Source of the DNA: Bacillota bacterium | Lineage (GTDB): Bacteria; Bacillota; Sulfobacillia; JABLXB01 | DNA: 64,000 bases | Direction: 5' to 3' | Assembly: GCA_013178305.1 (NCBI GenBank) | Contig: JABLXB010000005.1 | Coordinates: 128,946-192,945 of the forward strand | Part shown: in pieces, positions 19,777-29,621 of the stretch | How positions within the stretch are numbered: position 1 is the first letter of the stretch | How the letters are laid out: every line of letters starts with the position of its first letter | Notes under the pieces: model-generated | What the model saw: only the letters and a program-made list of their open reading frames with translations | What the model was told of the DNA's origin: nothing | The model's database searches: none | Position numbers and translations under genes: made by a program

Positions 19777-21291
19777 GTGCTGGCCTTCAAGGGAATAACG
19801 AAGCGCTTTCCCGGGGTCGTGGCCAACTATCGTATCGACCTCGAAATCAACGCCGCCGAGATCCACGCGCTGATAGGGGAGAACGGCGCGGGGAAGAGCA
19901 CGCTGATGAGGGTGCTCGTCGGCCTCTACCAGCCTGATGAGGGGCAGATCTACCTTCGCGGCAAGCCGGTGTCGATCCCGGGACCGCTCTCCGCGATCCG
20001 CCTCGGCATCGGCATGGTGCACCAGCATTTCATGCTCATCCCCAGGTTCACCGTCCTGGAAAACATCATCCTGGGCAACGAGCCGTCTGCCTGCGGCATA
20101 ATCGATGCCGCGAGGGCGAGGAAGGCGGTCACCGCTCTGTGCGAGCTGTACGACTTCCCCATGCGCCTCGACACGCCCGTTTCCGAACTCTCCGTAGGTG
20201 GGCAGCAGCGGGTCGAGATCATGAAAGTGCTGTTCCGCGGGGCCGATGTGCTTGTTCTCGACGAACCCACCGCCGTACTCGCGCCGCAGGAAACGGAGGA
20301 CCTATTCAGGAACCTCAAGAGTCTCCGCGACCAGGGCAAGACCGTTATATTCATAAGTCATAAGCTGGACGAGGTGCTATCGATCGCGGACAGGACAACC
20401 GTCCTCCGGCGGGGGCAGGTCGTCGGGACGGCGGAAGCGGCATCGGTGACGAAAGCGCAGCTCGCCGAGATGATGGTGGGCAGGCCTGTCGCGCTAACCG
20501 TAGTAAAGTCCCAGGTAGAACCCGGAGAAGAGGCACTGTCGGTGCATGGCCTTACGGTGGCGGGCGTAGGCCGCCGCGCCGTCGTCAAGGACGTCACGTT
20601 CGCCGTGCGCGAGGGTGAGATATACGGTGTGGCGGGCGTGGAGGGGAACGGCCAGGCGGAGCTGCTCGAGGCCCTCATCGGTCTGAGGCCGAGGGCGTCA
20701 GGCGCGGTAAGGCTCGCGGGGGCGGACGTGTCCGACCTTCCCGTGGGGGAACGCAGGTCGCGAGGCCTGTGCTTCATCCCCGAAGACAGGCACGCCACCG
20801 GGCTGATCCTCGGCATGACGATATGGGAGAACCAGATCCTCGGGCGGCAGCGCGACCGCTCGTTCGGCGGGGGTCTTCTGGACCGCAAGGCCATCATGGC
20901 CTACGCTTCCCAGTCCGTCTCGCTGTTTGACATAAAGGCCCCCGACCTATCGTCGCCCGTATCCACCCTGTCGGGCGGGAACCAGCAAAAGGTCATCCTG
21001 GCGCGTGAACTGTCGTACGACCCGAGGGTAATCATCGCCTCGCAACCGATGCGCGGCCTCGACATCGCCGCCACCGAATTCGTGCAAAAGAGGCTGCTCG
21101 AGGAGCGATCGAAGGGAAAGGCCGTCCTGCTGGTCTCGTCCGACCTCGACGAAGTGCTTGCGCTGAGTGACCGCGTCGGGGTCATGTATAACGGTGAGAT
21201 CACCGTCGAGTTCAGGCCGGGCGATCTCTCCAAGGCGGAAATAGGCGAGTACATGCTGGGCTCGCGGAAGAAAAGGGGTGATGCCGCATGA
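19777..21291 (+). CDS. ABC transporter ATP-binding protein with tandem ATPase domains (NupO/RbsA-like)
   Basis: Two Walker A motifs (GENGAGKST; GVEGNGQ), two LSGG signatures and two Walker B motifs. The likely start is GTG 19777, after a GAGGGGGA SD. Confidence 0.85.
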   Translation: MLAFKGITKRFPGVVANYRIDLEINAAEIHALIGENGAGKSTLMRVLVGLYQPDEGQIYLRGKPVSIPGPLSAIRLGIGMVHQHFMLIPRFTVLENIILGNEPSACGIIDAARARKAVTALCELYDFPMRLDTPVSELSVGGQQRVEIMKVLFRGADVLVLDEPTAVLAPQETEDLFRNLKSLRDQGKTVIFISHKLDEVLSIADRTTVLRRGQVVGTAEAASVTKAQLAEMMVGRPVALTVVKSQVEPGEEALSVHGLTVAGVGRRAVVKDVTFAVREGEIYGVAGVEGNGQAELLEALIGLRPRASGAVRLAGADVSDLPVGERRSRGLCFIPEDRHATGLILGMTIWENQILGRQRDRSFGGGLLDRKAIMAYASQSVSLFDIKAPDLSSPVSTLSGGNQQKVILARELSYDPRVIIASQPMRGLDIAATEFVQKRLLEERSKGKAVLLVSSDLDEVLALSDRVGVMYNGEITVEFRPGDLSKAEIGEYMLGSRKKRGDAA

Positions 21292-22403
21292 GATCAGGCC
21301 GGCTAAGGGCTCTTGAGGGGATCTCGCCGGTCCTTGCCGTCTGCTTCGGCGTGATTGCCGGGTCTGTGCTCATTGCGGCCATGGGCAAGAACCCCGTCGC
21401 CGTGTACGGGACGATGTTCAGGTTCTGTCTTGGGAGGGCCGACAGCATCGGCGCCATCCTGTTCAAGACGACCCCTCTAGTTTTTTCGGGGCTCGCGGTC
21501 GCGGTCGGGCAGAAGGCCGGAATCCTCAACATCGGGATAGAGGGACAGTACTTCATAGGGAGCTTCCTGGCTGCGCTTGCGGGATTCGGGCTGAAGGGGT
21601 TGCCGGGGTTAATCCACCTCCCACTGGCCATTGCTGCGGGGATGACGGGGGGCCTGATGTGGGCTGCCGTCCCCGCGTACCTGAAGATCAGGCGGGGGGT
21701 TCACGAGGTCATCAGCACCATAATGATGAACTACATCGCCTTCTCGCTGGTGCACTATATGGTGGCTGACGTGTTCATGGACAAGGCGCAGATGCCGATA
21801 CCGGGCCTCGGCAGTCCGCGCGTCAGGACGCCGCTGATGCCGGATTCGGCGATGATGCCGAAACTCCACGGATTCCTCGAAATGATCGGCATAAGTCTCC
21901 CCAAACACACGTACGTCAACTGGTTCCTGCCGCTTGGCCTGGCGCTGGTGGCCTTGATGTACTTCATCATATGGCGCACGTCCTTCGGGTACGAGGTGCG
22001 CGCGGTCGGCCAGAACGCCCGCGCCTCCGAAGCGGCGGGGATCAAGCCAGGGGCCGTCACGGTCAGGGTGTTCCTCCTCAGCGGGGCGATCGCCGGCCTG
22101 GTAGGACTGAGCGACCTCCTGTGCTACTTCGGATACCTCGATATCGACTTCCCCAAGGGGTACGGGTTCAACGGGGTGGCCGTGGCGCTCCTCGGGAGGG
22201 GCAGCCCCGTGGGGATCGTGCTGGCGTCACTCCTGTTCGCGTTCCTCGACAGGGGGGCGGAAGGGGTACAGACGTTCGCCGGGATACCGATGGAGACGAT
22301 GGTGATTCTCCAGGGTGTGATGATATTGAGCATACTCGTGTTCGCCGAGATCTCCTCGCGTTACGTGAGGCAGGTTCAGCGCAGGGAGGCGGTGCGGGGA
22401 TGA
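21288..22403 (+). CDS. ABC transporter permease (BMP/ribose-type)
   Basis: 371 aa polytopic membrane protein. 4-bp overlap with the upstream ATPase gene. Confidence 0.8.
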   Translation: MRSGRLRALEGISPVLAVCFGVIAGSVLIAAMGKNPVAVYGTMFRFCLGRADSIGAILFKTTPLVFSGLAVAVGQKAGILNIGIEGQYFIGSFLAALAGFGLKGLPGLIHLPLAIAAGMTGGLMWAAVPAYLKIRRGVHEVISTIMMNYIAFSLVHYMVADVFMDKAQMPIPGLGSPRVRTPLMPDSAMMPKLHGFLEMIGISLPKHTYVNWFLPLGLALVALMYFIIWRTSFGYEVRAVGQNARASEAAGIKPGAVTVRVFLLSGAIAGLVGLSDLLCYFGYLDIDFPKGYGFNGVAVALLGRGSPVGIVLASLLFAFLDRGAEGVQTFAGIPMETMVILQGVMILSILVFAEISSRYVRQVQRREAVRG

Positions 22404-23311
22404 TACTGTCGGAGATGCTTGCTTCGGCCCTGCGTATGGGCGTACCGGTGCTCCTCGCCGCGCTGGGGGCGATATTCTCCGAGAGGAGCGGCGTCGTTAA
22501 CATCGGGCTCGAGGGCATGATGGTCGTGGGGTCGTTCTGGGGCGCGTTCGGTTCGTACGTGAGTGGCCCCGGGCCCGGCGTGCTGATGGCGGTCGCCGCC
22601 GGTGCCACGCTGGCGCTACTCCACGCGGTGGTCTGCGTCACGTTCCGCGTCAACCAGGTCGTGAGCGGAGTGGCGCTCAACATACTCGCTTACGGGGTCA
22701 CGCGGTTCGCGTCGATCTCGCTGTTCAAGATGGCGACCACCTCTCCCCACGTCGACAGGTTCACTGCGATAGACGTACCCGTCCTCAGTGAGATGCCGCT
22801 GCTCGGCCCCATATTCGGCGGCTTGTCGCCGGTGGTCATCCTGGCCCTCGTACTGGTGCCGGTGACGAACTGGGTGATACAACGGACGGTGTTCGGACTT
22901 CGACTGAGGTCGGTCGGCGAGAACCCGCTCGGCGCCGATACGCTGGGGTTGAACGTGCCGCCGCTGCGTTTCGCGGGCGTGCTCCTGAGCGGCATGCTTG
23001 CGGGGCTTGCCGGCGCCTACCTGGCGATCGAGCACACGGGCATGTACGTCGAGGGCATGACCCAGGGCAAGGGCTTCATCGCCCTGGCTGCGACGATATT
23101 CGGGAACTGGTCTCCGGCCGGGGTGATGTGGGCGTCGCTGCTGTTCGGCTTCGCCGAGTCGCTCAGTTTCAGGGTGGTCGAGGGGTCGGTCGTGCCCTAC
23201 CAGTTCATCAAGATGATACCCTACGTCCTGACGCTCGGGGTGCTGAGCGGGGTCGTGAGGAAGGTGACTCCCCCGGCTGCGAGTGGCGTGCCCTACGAGC
23301 GGGGGGGTTGA
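22400..23311 (+). CDS. ABC transporter permease, second subunit
   Basis: ATG 22400 overlaps the preceding stop (ATGA). 304 aa. The track ORF from 21971 is an in-frame upstream artefact. Confidence 0.8.
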   Translation: MILSEMLASALRMGVPVLLAALGAIFSERSGVVNIGLEGMMVVGSFWGAFGSYVSGPGPGVLMAVAAGATLALLHAVVCVTFRVNQVVSGVALNILAYGVTRFASISLFKMATTSPHVDRFTAIDVPVLSEMPLLGPIFGGLSPVVILALVLVPVTNWVIQRTVFGLRLRSVGENPLGADTLGLNVPPLRFAGVLLSGMLAGLAGAYLAIEHTGMYVEGMTQGKGFIALAATIFGNWSPAGVMWASLLFGFAESLSFRVVEGSVVPYQFIKMIPYVLTLGVLSGVVRKVTPPAASGVPYERGG

Positions 23312-23405
23312 ACGGCGGCGGCCGCCCGTGGCGCGGGCCCCGGCAGGCGTACGTAGTACGGCGGCGCACGCGCAGCGCGCGCCGGATGCGAATAAAAAGC
23401 TGCAA

Positions 23406-23434
23406 TTTACAACAAAAAGTGGTTATGCTAGAAT
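23406..23434 (+). promoter_or_regulatory. sigma-A-like promoter of rpsO: -35 TTTACA, 17-bp spacer, -10 TAGAAT
   Basis: Read directly, in an AT-rich island (AATAAAAAGCTGCAATTTACAACAAAAAG). Confidence 0.55.
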
Positions 23435-23524
23435 TGGAATCTAGTGGTGAACCACGCTCTAGGATTACCGAGGACTCCGGCGGTTTTCTTGGAGGGTGGG
23501 GATTTACGAACAGGAGGTGTAAAG
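23435..23524 (+). promoter_or_regulatory. rpsO 5' leader with an imperfect hairpin (AATCTAG..CTAGGATT); possible S15 autoregulatory element
   Basis: About 90-nt structured leader ending at the AGGAGGTG SD. S15 autoregulation through its own leader is established in other bacteria; for this leader it is inference. Confidence 0.35.
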
Positions 23525-23794
23525 GTGTCGCTGGATGCCGAGAGAAAGAAAGGGATCATCGAACAGTACAAGAGGCACGAGAAGGACACGGGCTCGCCTG
23601 AGGTGCAGGTTGCCATCCTCACCGAGAGGATCAACTACCTGACCGAGCACCTGAAGGAGCACAAGAAGGACCACCATTCAAGGCGCGGTCTCCTTAAGAT
23701 GGTCGGACAGAGGCGGGCGCTACTCAACTACCTCAAAGATACAGATATCGAGAGGTATCGCGATATCCTCGGAAAGCTCGGGCTCAGGAGGTAA
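23525..23794 (+). CDS. rpsO: 30S ribosomal protein S15
   Basis: GTG 23525 ([44 protein letters not shown]...). 89 aa. The track ORF starts upstream in frame. Confidence 0.9.
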   Translation: MSLDAERKKGIIEQYKRHEKDTGSPEVQVAILTERINYLTEHLKEHKKDHHSRRGLLKMVGQRRALLNYLKDTDIERYRDILGKLGLRR

Positions 23795-23796
23795 CG

Positions 23797-23826
23797 GAGC
23801 GGGGTCTTCCCGCTCTATTCGTTTTT
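23797..23826 (+). terminator. rho-independent terminator between rpsO and pnp (GAGCGGG..CCCGCTC then TATTCGTTTTT)
   Basis: Stem-loop plus T-tract. A partial-readthrough terminator in this position is classic. Confidence 0.6.
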
Positions 23827-23881
23827 CCGGGCCCGGCGGAGGACGTTTTTTGTTATAGAAGCCAAGGAGGGATGATCTGTC

Positions 23882-26215
23882 GTGCAATCTGACGCGCGGG
23901 CGAACGGCCAGGGCAACAGCCTGGACGATAGTACGCTGTTCGAGGGATACCGTGTATTCGAAATGGACCTTGCGGGTCGCCCGCTGAAGATAGAAACGGG
24001 CAAAGTCGCGAAGCAGGCGGACGGCGCCTGCCTGGTGCGTTACGGGGACACAGTGGTGCTGGTGGCGGCCACGATGTCGTCACAACCCAGGGAGGGCATT
24101 GACTTCTTCCCCCTCACCGTGGACGTCGAGGAAAGGCTTTACGCGGTCGGGCGCATACCAGGCAGCTGGGGACGGCGCGAGGGACGGCCACCGGAGAAGG
24201 CCATACTCACGGCCAGGCTCACGGACAGGCCGCTCAGGCCGCTGTTCCCGGAGGGGCTCAGGAACGACGTCCAGATAGTAGTCACGATACTCTCCGTGGA
24301 CCATGACAACTCGCCGGAGATAGCGGGGATGATAGGCGCTTCCGCGGCGCTGACCATGTCCGACGTCCCGTTCGGCGGGCCGGTCGGCGCGGTCGAGGTT
24401 GGGCTGGTCGACGGGCAAATCGTCATAAACCCGACGAGCGAGCAGTCTTCCAGGAGCAGCCTCACGCTCATCGTGGCGGGCACGCGCGACGCGGTGCTCA
24501 TGGTTGAGGCCGGGGCGAAAGAGGTCCCGGAGGATACCATGATAGAGGCGATCATGGCCGGCCACGAGGTCATAAAGGCCATCGTGGAGTTCCAGGACCG
24601 CATGAGGGAGGCCGTCGGGAAACCGAAGCGGGACGTTCCCGTGTTCGACGTGGACGCCGATCTCGAGCGCCAGGTCCGCGAATACGTGACCGGTCCAATG
24701 CGCCAGGCCATCGTGACCTCGGACAAGACGCAGCGCGAGGCCGCCCTGGAGGCGCTCCAGGCGGACGCGAGGGCGCACTTCGCCGAGGTGTTCCCCGGGA
24801 AGGAAGGGGACGTGGATAAGGTCTGCCGGAAGGTGCTGAAGGAGGAAGTCCGCAAGGCCATAACCGAGCAGGGCATACGTCCGGACGGCAGGGGACTGGA
24901 CGAGATCAGGGCCATTCGCTGCGAGGTCGGGCTCCTCCCCAGGACGCATGGGTCGGGGCTGTTTACCCGCGGGCAAACTCAGGTACTCAGCGTTACCACC
25001 CTCGGTGCGGTGTCTGACGTTCAAGAACTGGACACCACTTACGAGGAAGAGTTCAAGAAATACATCCACCATTACAATTTCCCGCCGTTCAGCGTTGGGG
25101 AGACCAGGCCGCTGCGTGGCCCGGGCAGGCGCGAGATAGGCCACGGCGCGCTGGCGGAACGCGCGCTGCTCGCGGTGCTGCCGGCCGAGACCGAGTTCCC
25201 GTACACGATCAGGGTGGTATCGGAGGTCCTCGAATCTAACGGGTCCACGTCGATGGCTTCGGTGTGCGGCAGCACGCTCAGCCTGATGGACGCGGGTGTC
25301 CCGATAAGGGCCCCGGTCGGGGGCATTGCCATGGGGCTCGTGAAGGAAGGGGATTCCTACGCGGTCCTTACGGACATCCAGGGCATCGAGGACGCGCTCG
25401 GCGACATGGACTTCAAGGTGGCGGGCACCGGCGATGGCGTGACCGCGCTCCAGATGGATATAAAGATAGCGGGCGTAAACCGGAGCGTACTGGAGATCGC
25501 GCTGGCCCGCGCGCGTGAGGCAAGGCTGAAGATACTCGACATCATGCACCAGGCGATCCCCGCGCCGAGGCCGGAACTGTCGCCTTACGCGCCGAGGATC
25601 CTGGTGATCGAGATCGACCCCGAGAAGATCCGCGACGTGATCGGCCCGGGCGGCAAGGTTATCAACAAGATCATCGCCGAGACCAACGCGAAGATCGACA
25701 TCGAGCAGGATGGAAAGGTGTATATCGCCGCGGTCGACTCGGCCGGCGGTGAGAAGGCCGTCAAGATGATCGAGGCGCTCACGCGCGACGTCGAGGTCGG
25801 CAGGGAATACCTCGGCAAGGTCACGAGGATCACGAGCTTCGGGGCGTTCATCGAGATCCTCCCTGGCAAGGAAGGCCTGGTCCGCATCTCGGAGATTTCG
25901 GACGAGAGGATCAAGCGGGTCGAGGACGTCCTCAACGTCGGCGACGAGGTGCTGGTGAAGGTCACCGAGATCGACAGACTGGGCAGGATCAACCTGTCGA
26001 GGCGCGAGGCCTTGAGGCAGCACGGTGAGGGGCGCGACGACAACGGGGACGGCCGGCGAGACGATGCCAGGGACGCCAGGGACAGGCGTGACGACAGGCG
26101 CGGTGATCGACGGGATAGGCGCGAGCCCCGCCGGGACCGCGGGTGGAAGCCACAGGGCGGACCGCGAAACGGCCCCCAGGGCGGTGACAGGGCGGGCCGC
26201 GGGGAAAGGGGTTGA
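23882..26215 (+). CDS. pnp: polyribonucleotide nucleotidyltransferase (PNPase) with an Arg/Asp-rich C-terminal tail
   Basis: GTG start after an AAGGAGGGA SD. Two RNase PH domains, KH and S1, then about 70 aa of RD/RG repeats. Confidence 0.95.
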   Translation: MQSDARANGQGNSLDDSTLFEGYRVFEMDLAGRPLKIETGKVAKQADGACLVRYGDTVVLVAATMSSQPREGIDFFPLTVDVEERLYAVGRIPGSWGRREGRPPEKAILTARLTDRPLRPLFPEGLRNDVQIVVTILSVDHDNSPEIAGMIGASAALTMSDVPFGGPVGAVEVGLVDGQIVINPTSEQSSRSSLTLIVAGTRDAVLMVEAGAKEVPEDTMIEAIMAGHEVIKAIVEFQDRMREAVGKPKRDVPVFDVDADLERQVREYVTGPMRQAIVTSDKTQREAALEALQADARAHFAEVFPGKEGDVDKVCRKVLKEEVRKAITEQGIRPDGRGLDEIRAIRCEVGLLPRTHGSGLFTRGQTQVLSVTTLGAVSDVQELDTTYEEEFKKYIHHYNFPPFSVGETRPLRGPGRREIGHGALAERALLAVLPAETEFPYTIRVVSEVLESNGSTSMASVCGSTLSLMDAGVPIRAPVGGIAMGLVKEGDSYAVLTDIQGIEDALGDMDFKVAGTGDGVTALQMDIKIAGVNRSVLEIALARAREARLKILDIMHQAIPAPRPELSPYAPRILVIEIDPEKIRDVIGPGGKVINKIIAETNAKIDIEQDGKVYIAAVDSAGGEKAVKMIEALTRDVEVGREYLGKVTRITSFGAFIEILPGKEGLVRISEISDERIKRVEDVLNVGDEVLVKVTEIDRLGRINLSRREALRQHGEGRDDNGDGRRDDARDARDRRDDRRGDRRDRREPRRDRGWKPQGGPRNGPQGGDRAGRGERG

Positions 26216-26221
26216 ATCCGC

Positions 26222-27064
26222 TTGAGGATCGGCGCCCACCTTTCGATAGGGAGGGGGTTCGCCGGTGCGGCAAGGGAGGCCGGAGCCTTGGGTTGCGAGG
26301 CCATGCAGGTGTTCTCGCGGAGCCCCCGGGGCGGCAAGGCGAAACCCCTGGATGACAGGGACGTCACGGGGCTTAAGGCCGTGCTGGAAGAGGCTGGAAT
26401 ACGGCCTCTTGTTGTTCATGCGCCGTACTACTTGAACCTCGCTTCCGAGGACGAGAGCAACTATACTTATAGCGCTCAGGTGCTTGCCGGGGACGTCGTC
26501 CGTGCGGCCGCCCTGGGCGCGTCGTTTGTCGTGACTCACCCGGGGCACAGGCCGTCCGACGGGCCGCGGGGGCTGGAGCGCCTCGCCGCGGCAGTGAGGG
26601 CGGCGATCGAGGCGGAACCGGGTGGGGTCAGGCTGCTCATCGAGAACACCGCCGGCCAGGGACGCGAGATCGGAAGTGATCTGGCCGAGATAGCGCAGAT
26701 ACTGCATCTCATCGGGATGCCGGAGCGGACCGGCGTGTGTGTTGACACTTGCCACGCCTTCGCGGCGGGGCACGACTTGCGGGATGCGGCGGGAGTGGGG
26801 CGATTCCTCGGGGATCTGGACGGCGCGATCGGCTTCGGCCGGGTTTTTCTCATGCACTTGAACGACTCCGTGTATGACGTCGGCAGCAAGAAGGACCGCC
26901 ACCAGCACATTGGGCGCGGCAAGATCGGGCTGGACGGATTCCGCGCGATATTGAACCACCCTCGCCTGCAAGGGCTTGCAGGGGTCATCGAGACCCCGGT
27001 GGACGATGAGGAATCGAACCGCGCCAACCTCGAGACCCTCAGACGCCTGAGGGAATGGCGGTGA
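26222..27064 (+). CDS. nfo: deoxyribonuclease IV (endonuclease IV)
   Basis: TIM-barrel AP endonuclease family 2 (HAPY.NLAS...THPG...IEN...H.NDS). Confidence 0.85.
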   Translation: MRIGAHLSIGRGFAGAAREAGALGCEAMQVFSRSPRGGKAKPLDDRDVTGLKAVLEEAGIRPLVVHAPYYLNLASEDESNYTYSAQVLAGDVVRAAALGASFVVTHPGHRPSDGPRGLERLAAAVRAAIEAEPGGVRLLIENTAGQGREIGSDLAEIAQILHLIGMPERTGVCVDTCHAFAAGHDLRDAAGVGRFLGDLDGAIGFGRVFLMHLNDSVYDVGSKKDRHQHIGRGKIGLDGFRAILNHPRLQGLAGVIETPVDDEESNRANLETLRRLREWR

Positions 27065-27071
27065 CTGGCGC

Positions 27072-27905
27072 GTGTTAGCCGGCGCCATCGTAGCGGTGGC
27101 GTTTGTCGTCGTCTCCGGGGGACTCGCGCTGCTCGGGTCGCCGGCGTCATCTCACACCGTTCCAGAGAGGCTGCTTTGGGGGGCAAGGCCCGGCGTGACG
27201 CTGGCCGGAATCACCCTGACAGGCAGGACGGCCGCAGAGATAACGGCCGTCGTTGAGTCAATGAGGCCGCTGTTTGCGTTACAGCCGGTGGACGCCACTG
27301 TCACGAGGCTGAGCGGCGAGGTCTTGCCCGAGCGCGACGGTGTCGCACTGGACGTTGAAGGGACCGTGGCGACCGCGATGTCGGCCTCGGAAGGTGACGC
27401 CGTACCCGTACGGGTCAGACCCGTGGCGCCGCGCGTTCGTGCTTCGGACATACGCGGGTTGAAACGGCCCGCCGGCGTCTTCTCGACCGTCGTGGCTGGT
27501 TCGCGTGAGCGGCGCGAGAACGTCCGCCTCGCCGCGCGGTACGTGAACAACACGGTGATAGCGCAGGGTGACACCTTCTCGTTCCTCGAGACGCTGGGAC
27601 CGGTAACGTACGTGCGCGGATTTGTGGACGCTCCGGTGATCGTCGGGGAGGAGTTCGTGGACGGGCCAGGGGGCGGGATATGCCAGGTGTCCACCACTGT
27701 CTACAATTCAGCCCTGAAGGCGGGGTTGAACGTGGTCGAGCGGCACCGCCATTCGAAGCCGGTGGGATACGTGCCGGAAGGCATGGACGCGACTGTCGCC
27801 TCCTGGGGCCTCGACCTGAAGATCCGGAATGGATTCGAACACCCCGTCATGCTCCTGGTGGAGTCCGGCGGAGACCGTGTGACGGCGCGGTTCCTTTTCC
27901 CTTGA
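27072..27905 (+). CDS. VanW family protein
   Basis: C-terminal GGGICQVSTTVYNSALKAGL VanW signature. GTG start, N-terminal TM segment. Confidence 0.7.
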   Translation: MLAGAIVAVAFVVVSGGLALLGSPASSHTVPERLLWGARPGVTLAGITLTGRTAAEITAVVESMRPLFALQPVDATVTRLSGEVLPERDGVALDVEGTVATAMSASEGDAVPVRVRPVAPRVRASDIRGLKRPAGVFSTVVAGSRERRENVRLAARYVNNTVIAQGDTFSFLETLGPVTYVRGFVDAPVIVGEEFVDGPGGGICQVSTTVYNSALKAGLNVVERHRHSKPVGYVPEGMDATVASWGLDLKIRNGFEHPVMLLVESGGDRVTARFLFP

Positions 27906-27927
27906 ACCGGTGAACCGGTGAACCGGT
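27904..27927 (+). repeat. three tandem copies of GAACCGGT, each containing the palindrome ACCGGT
   Basis: Read directly. It overlaps the vanW stop codon and lies about 30-55 bp upstream of a TATACT -10 (27958-27963) in front of the M16 peptidase gene. Confidence 0.6.
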
Positions 27928-27987
27928 GCGTTTGCCTCCGGCCGGCCGGCACGGCACTATACTACTGTACACTCCATGGAGGAACTC

Positions 27988-29244
27988 ATGCACGAGAAGA
28001 TCGTACTACCGGGCGGCCTCAGGCTGATAACCGAGAAAATGCCGCACGTCAGGTCCGTCTCCATCGGGGTGTGGCTCGGTTCGGGCTCGCGCCACGAAGG
28101 GGACGCGAATCACGGGATCTCTCACTTCCTCGAGCACATGCTGTTCAAAGGTACGGAGAGTCGCACCGCGAAACAGATCGCCGACTCCATCGAGGGGCGC
28201 GGCGGGCAGCTCAACGCGTTTACCACGAAGGAACACACGTGCATCCATGCAAAGGTCCTGGACGAGGACCTCAATCTCGCGATAGACGTCCTGTCGGACA
28301 TGATCCTTCATTCACGCTTCGACCCCGCCGATGTCGAGAAGGAGAAGGGAGTCATCCTGGAGGAGATAGGCGCCTGCAGGGACGTGCCCGACGATTTCAT
28401 CCACGACCTCGCGGCGAGGTCGGCGTGGCCGGAACACCCGCTGGGCCGCGATATCCTCGGGACGGCTGAGAGCGTACAGTCGTTTTCCCGCGAGATGGTA
28501 GTGGACGAGTTCCAGGAGCGGTACGTCAAGGAGAACGCCCTCATCGTAGCCGTGGGGAACCTGTCGCCGGCGCGCACCGCCGAAGCCGTGGAGAATGCGT
28601 TCGGCGCGATGCATCCCGGCCGCTTCGACTCTTGCGCCGATGCGCCGGAACTGGTTCCGGGCAGGCTGTTTGAGCGCCGCGGCACGGAGCAGGCGCACGT
28701 GTGCGCGGTGGGGCCCGGGACGGGCGCGTCCAGCGAAGATTTCTACGCGCTGCACGTCCTGTGCAGTATTCTCGGAGGAACGTCCGGTTCCAGGCTGTTC
28801 CAGAAGATCAGGGAGGAACGTGGTCTCGCGTACAGCGTGTACTCGTACCAGTCGACTTTCGCCGACTGCGGCCTCCTGACAGTGTACGTGGGAACATCAC
28901 CTCGACACGCGCTTGAGGCGCTGGACGCCGTGTTCAGCGAGTTCGACGACATACGGGGGAACGGCGTGACCGAAACCGAGATGGAGTCTGCCAGAGCCCA
29001 GGCCAGGGGTTCCCTCCTGCTCAGCCTGGAGAGCAGTTCGGCGAGGATGGTCCGCCTTGGGAAGTCGGAGATGATGGTCGGGCGGCCGGTTACGCCGGAA
29101 CAAGTACTGGAGAGGATCGAGGCTGTCTCTATTGACCAGGTCAGAAGGGTCGCCGCGCGCGCGCTCGATCCGGCGCGGGCGGCGCTTGCTTCTATAGGGC
29201 CTTCAGCGGTCCTCCCGCGCTGGGAGAGAGCGGCGGGGACGTAA
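27988..29244 (+). CDS. M16 family zinc peptidase (YmxG/MlpA-like)
   Basis: HFLEHMLFKGT inverted zinc motif. ATG 27988 after a GGAGGA SD, preferred over the 27976 track start. Confidence 0.85.
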   Translation: MHEKIVLPGGLRLITEKMPHVRSVSIGVWLGSGSRHEGDANHGISHFLEHMLFKGTESRTAKQIADSIEGRGGQLNAFTTKEHTCIHAKVLDEDLNLAIDVLSDMILHSRFDPADVEKEKGVILEEIGACRDVPDDFIHDLAARSAWPEHPLGRDILGTAESVQSFSREMVVDEFQERYVKENALIVAVGNLSPARTAEAVENAFGAMHPGRFDSCADAPELVPGRLFERRGTEQAHVCAVGPGTGASSEDFYALHVLCSILGGTSGSRLFQKIREERGLAYSVYSYQSTFADCGLLTVYVGTSPRHALEALDAVFSEFDDIRGNGVTETEMESARAQARGSLLLSLESSSARMVRLGKSEMMVGRPVTPEQVLERIEAVSIDQVRRVAARALDPARAALASIGPSAVLPRWERAAGT

Positions 29245-29261
29245 GAGAGGGGAGAGTCTCC

Positions 29262-29621
29262 GTGATGGATAAACTCGACGACATTTTTCGACTTCAGGAA
29301 ATGTTTGACACCAGCCTCGCATCCCGTCGCGACCTGTCGTATTCAACGGAGGAGTGGGTCCAGAAGGAAACGCTGGCAATCCTGGCCGAGCTGGGTGAAC
29401 TCCTCGACGAGGTCAACTTCAAGTGGTGGAAGAACCCCCACCCCGTCGACCGCGAGCGTGTGACCGAGGAACTCGTGGACATACTGCACTTCTATGTCAG
29501 TATGTGTCTCAAGGTGGGTCTGTCCGCGGAGAGTCTCCACTCGGCGTACGTCAAGAAGAACCGCGAGAACTTCCTCAGGCAGGAAGGGCAGTCGGGGAAG
29601 GATGGATATAAGGCGCCGTAG
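29262..29621 (+). CDS. all-alpha NTP pyrophosphohydrolase, dimeric-dUTPase-like (MazG superfamily)
   Basis: 119 aa. The ETLAILAELGELLDEVNFKWWK...ELVDILHF pattern resembles the dUTPase_2 family. Assignment from memory of the family pattern. Confidence 0.5.
   Translation: MMDKLDDIFRLQEMFDTSLASRRDLSYSTEEWVQKETLAILAELGELLDEVNFKWWKNPHPVDRERVTEELVDILHFYVSMCLKVGLSAESLHSAYVKKNRENFLRQEGQSGKDGYKAP

Noticed and set aside
18457-20028. 523-aa minus-strand ORF antisense to the BMP lipoprotein and ABC ATPase genes
   Set aside because: No family resemblance. It overlaps two genes with clear signatures on the + strand.
24080-27088. 1002-aa minus-strand ORF spanning pnp and nfo
   Set aside because: It is antisense to two strongly supported genes, crosses their intergenic gap, and has no recognisable domains. 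It is a GC-rich artefact.
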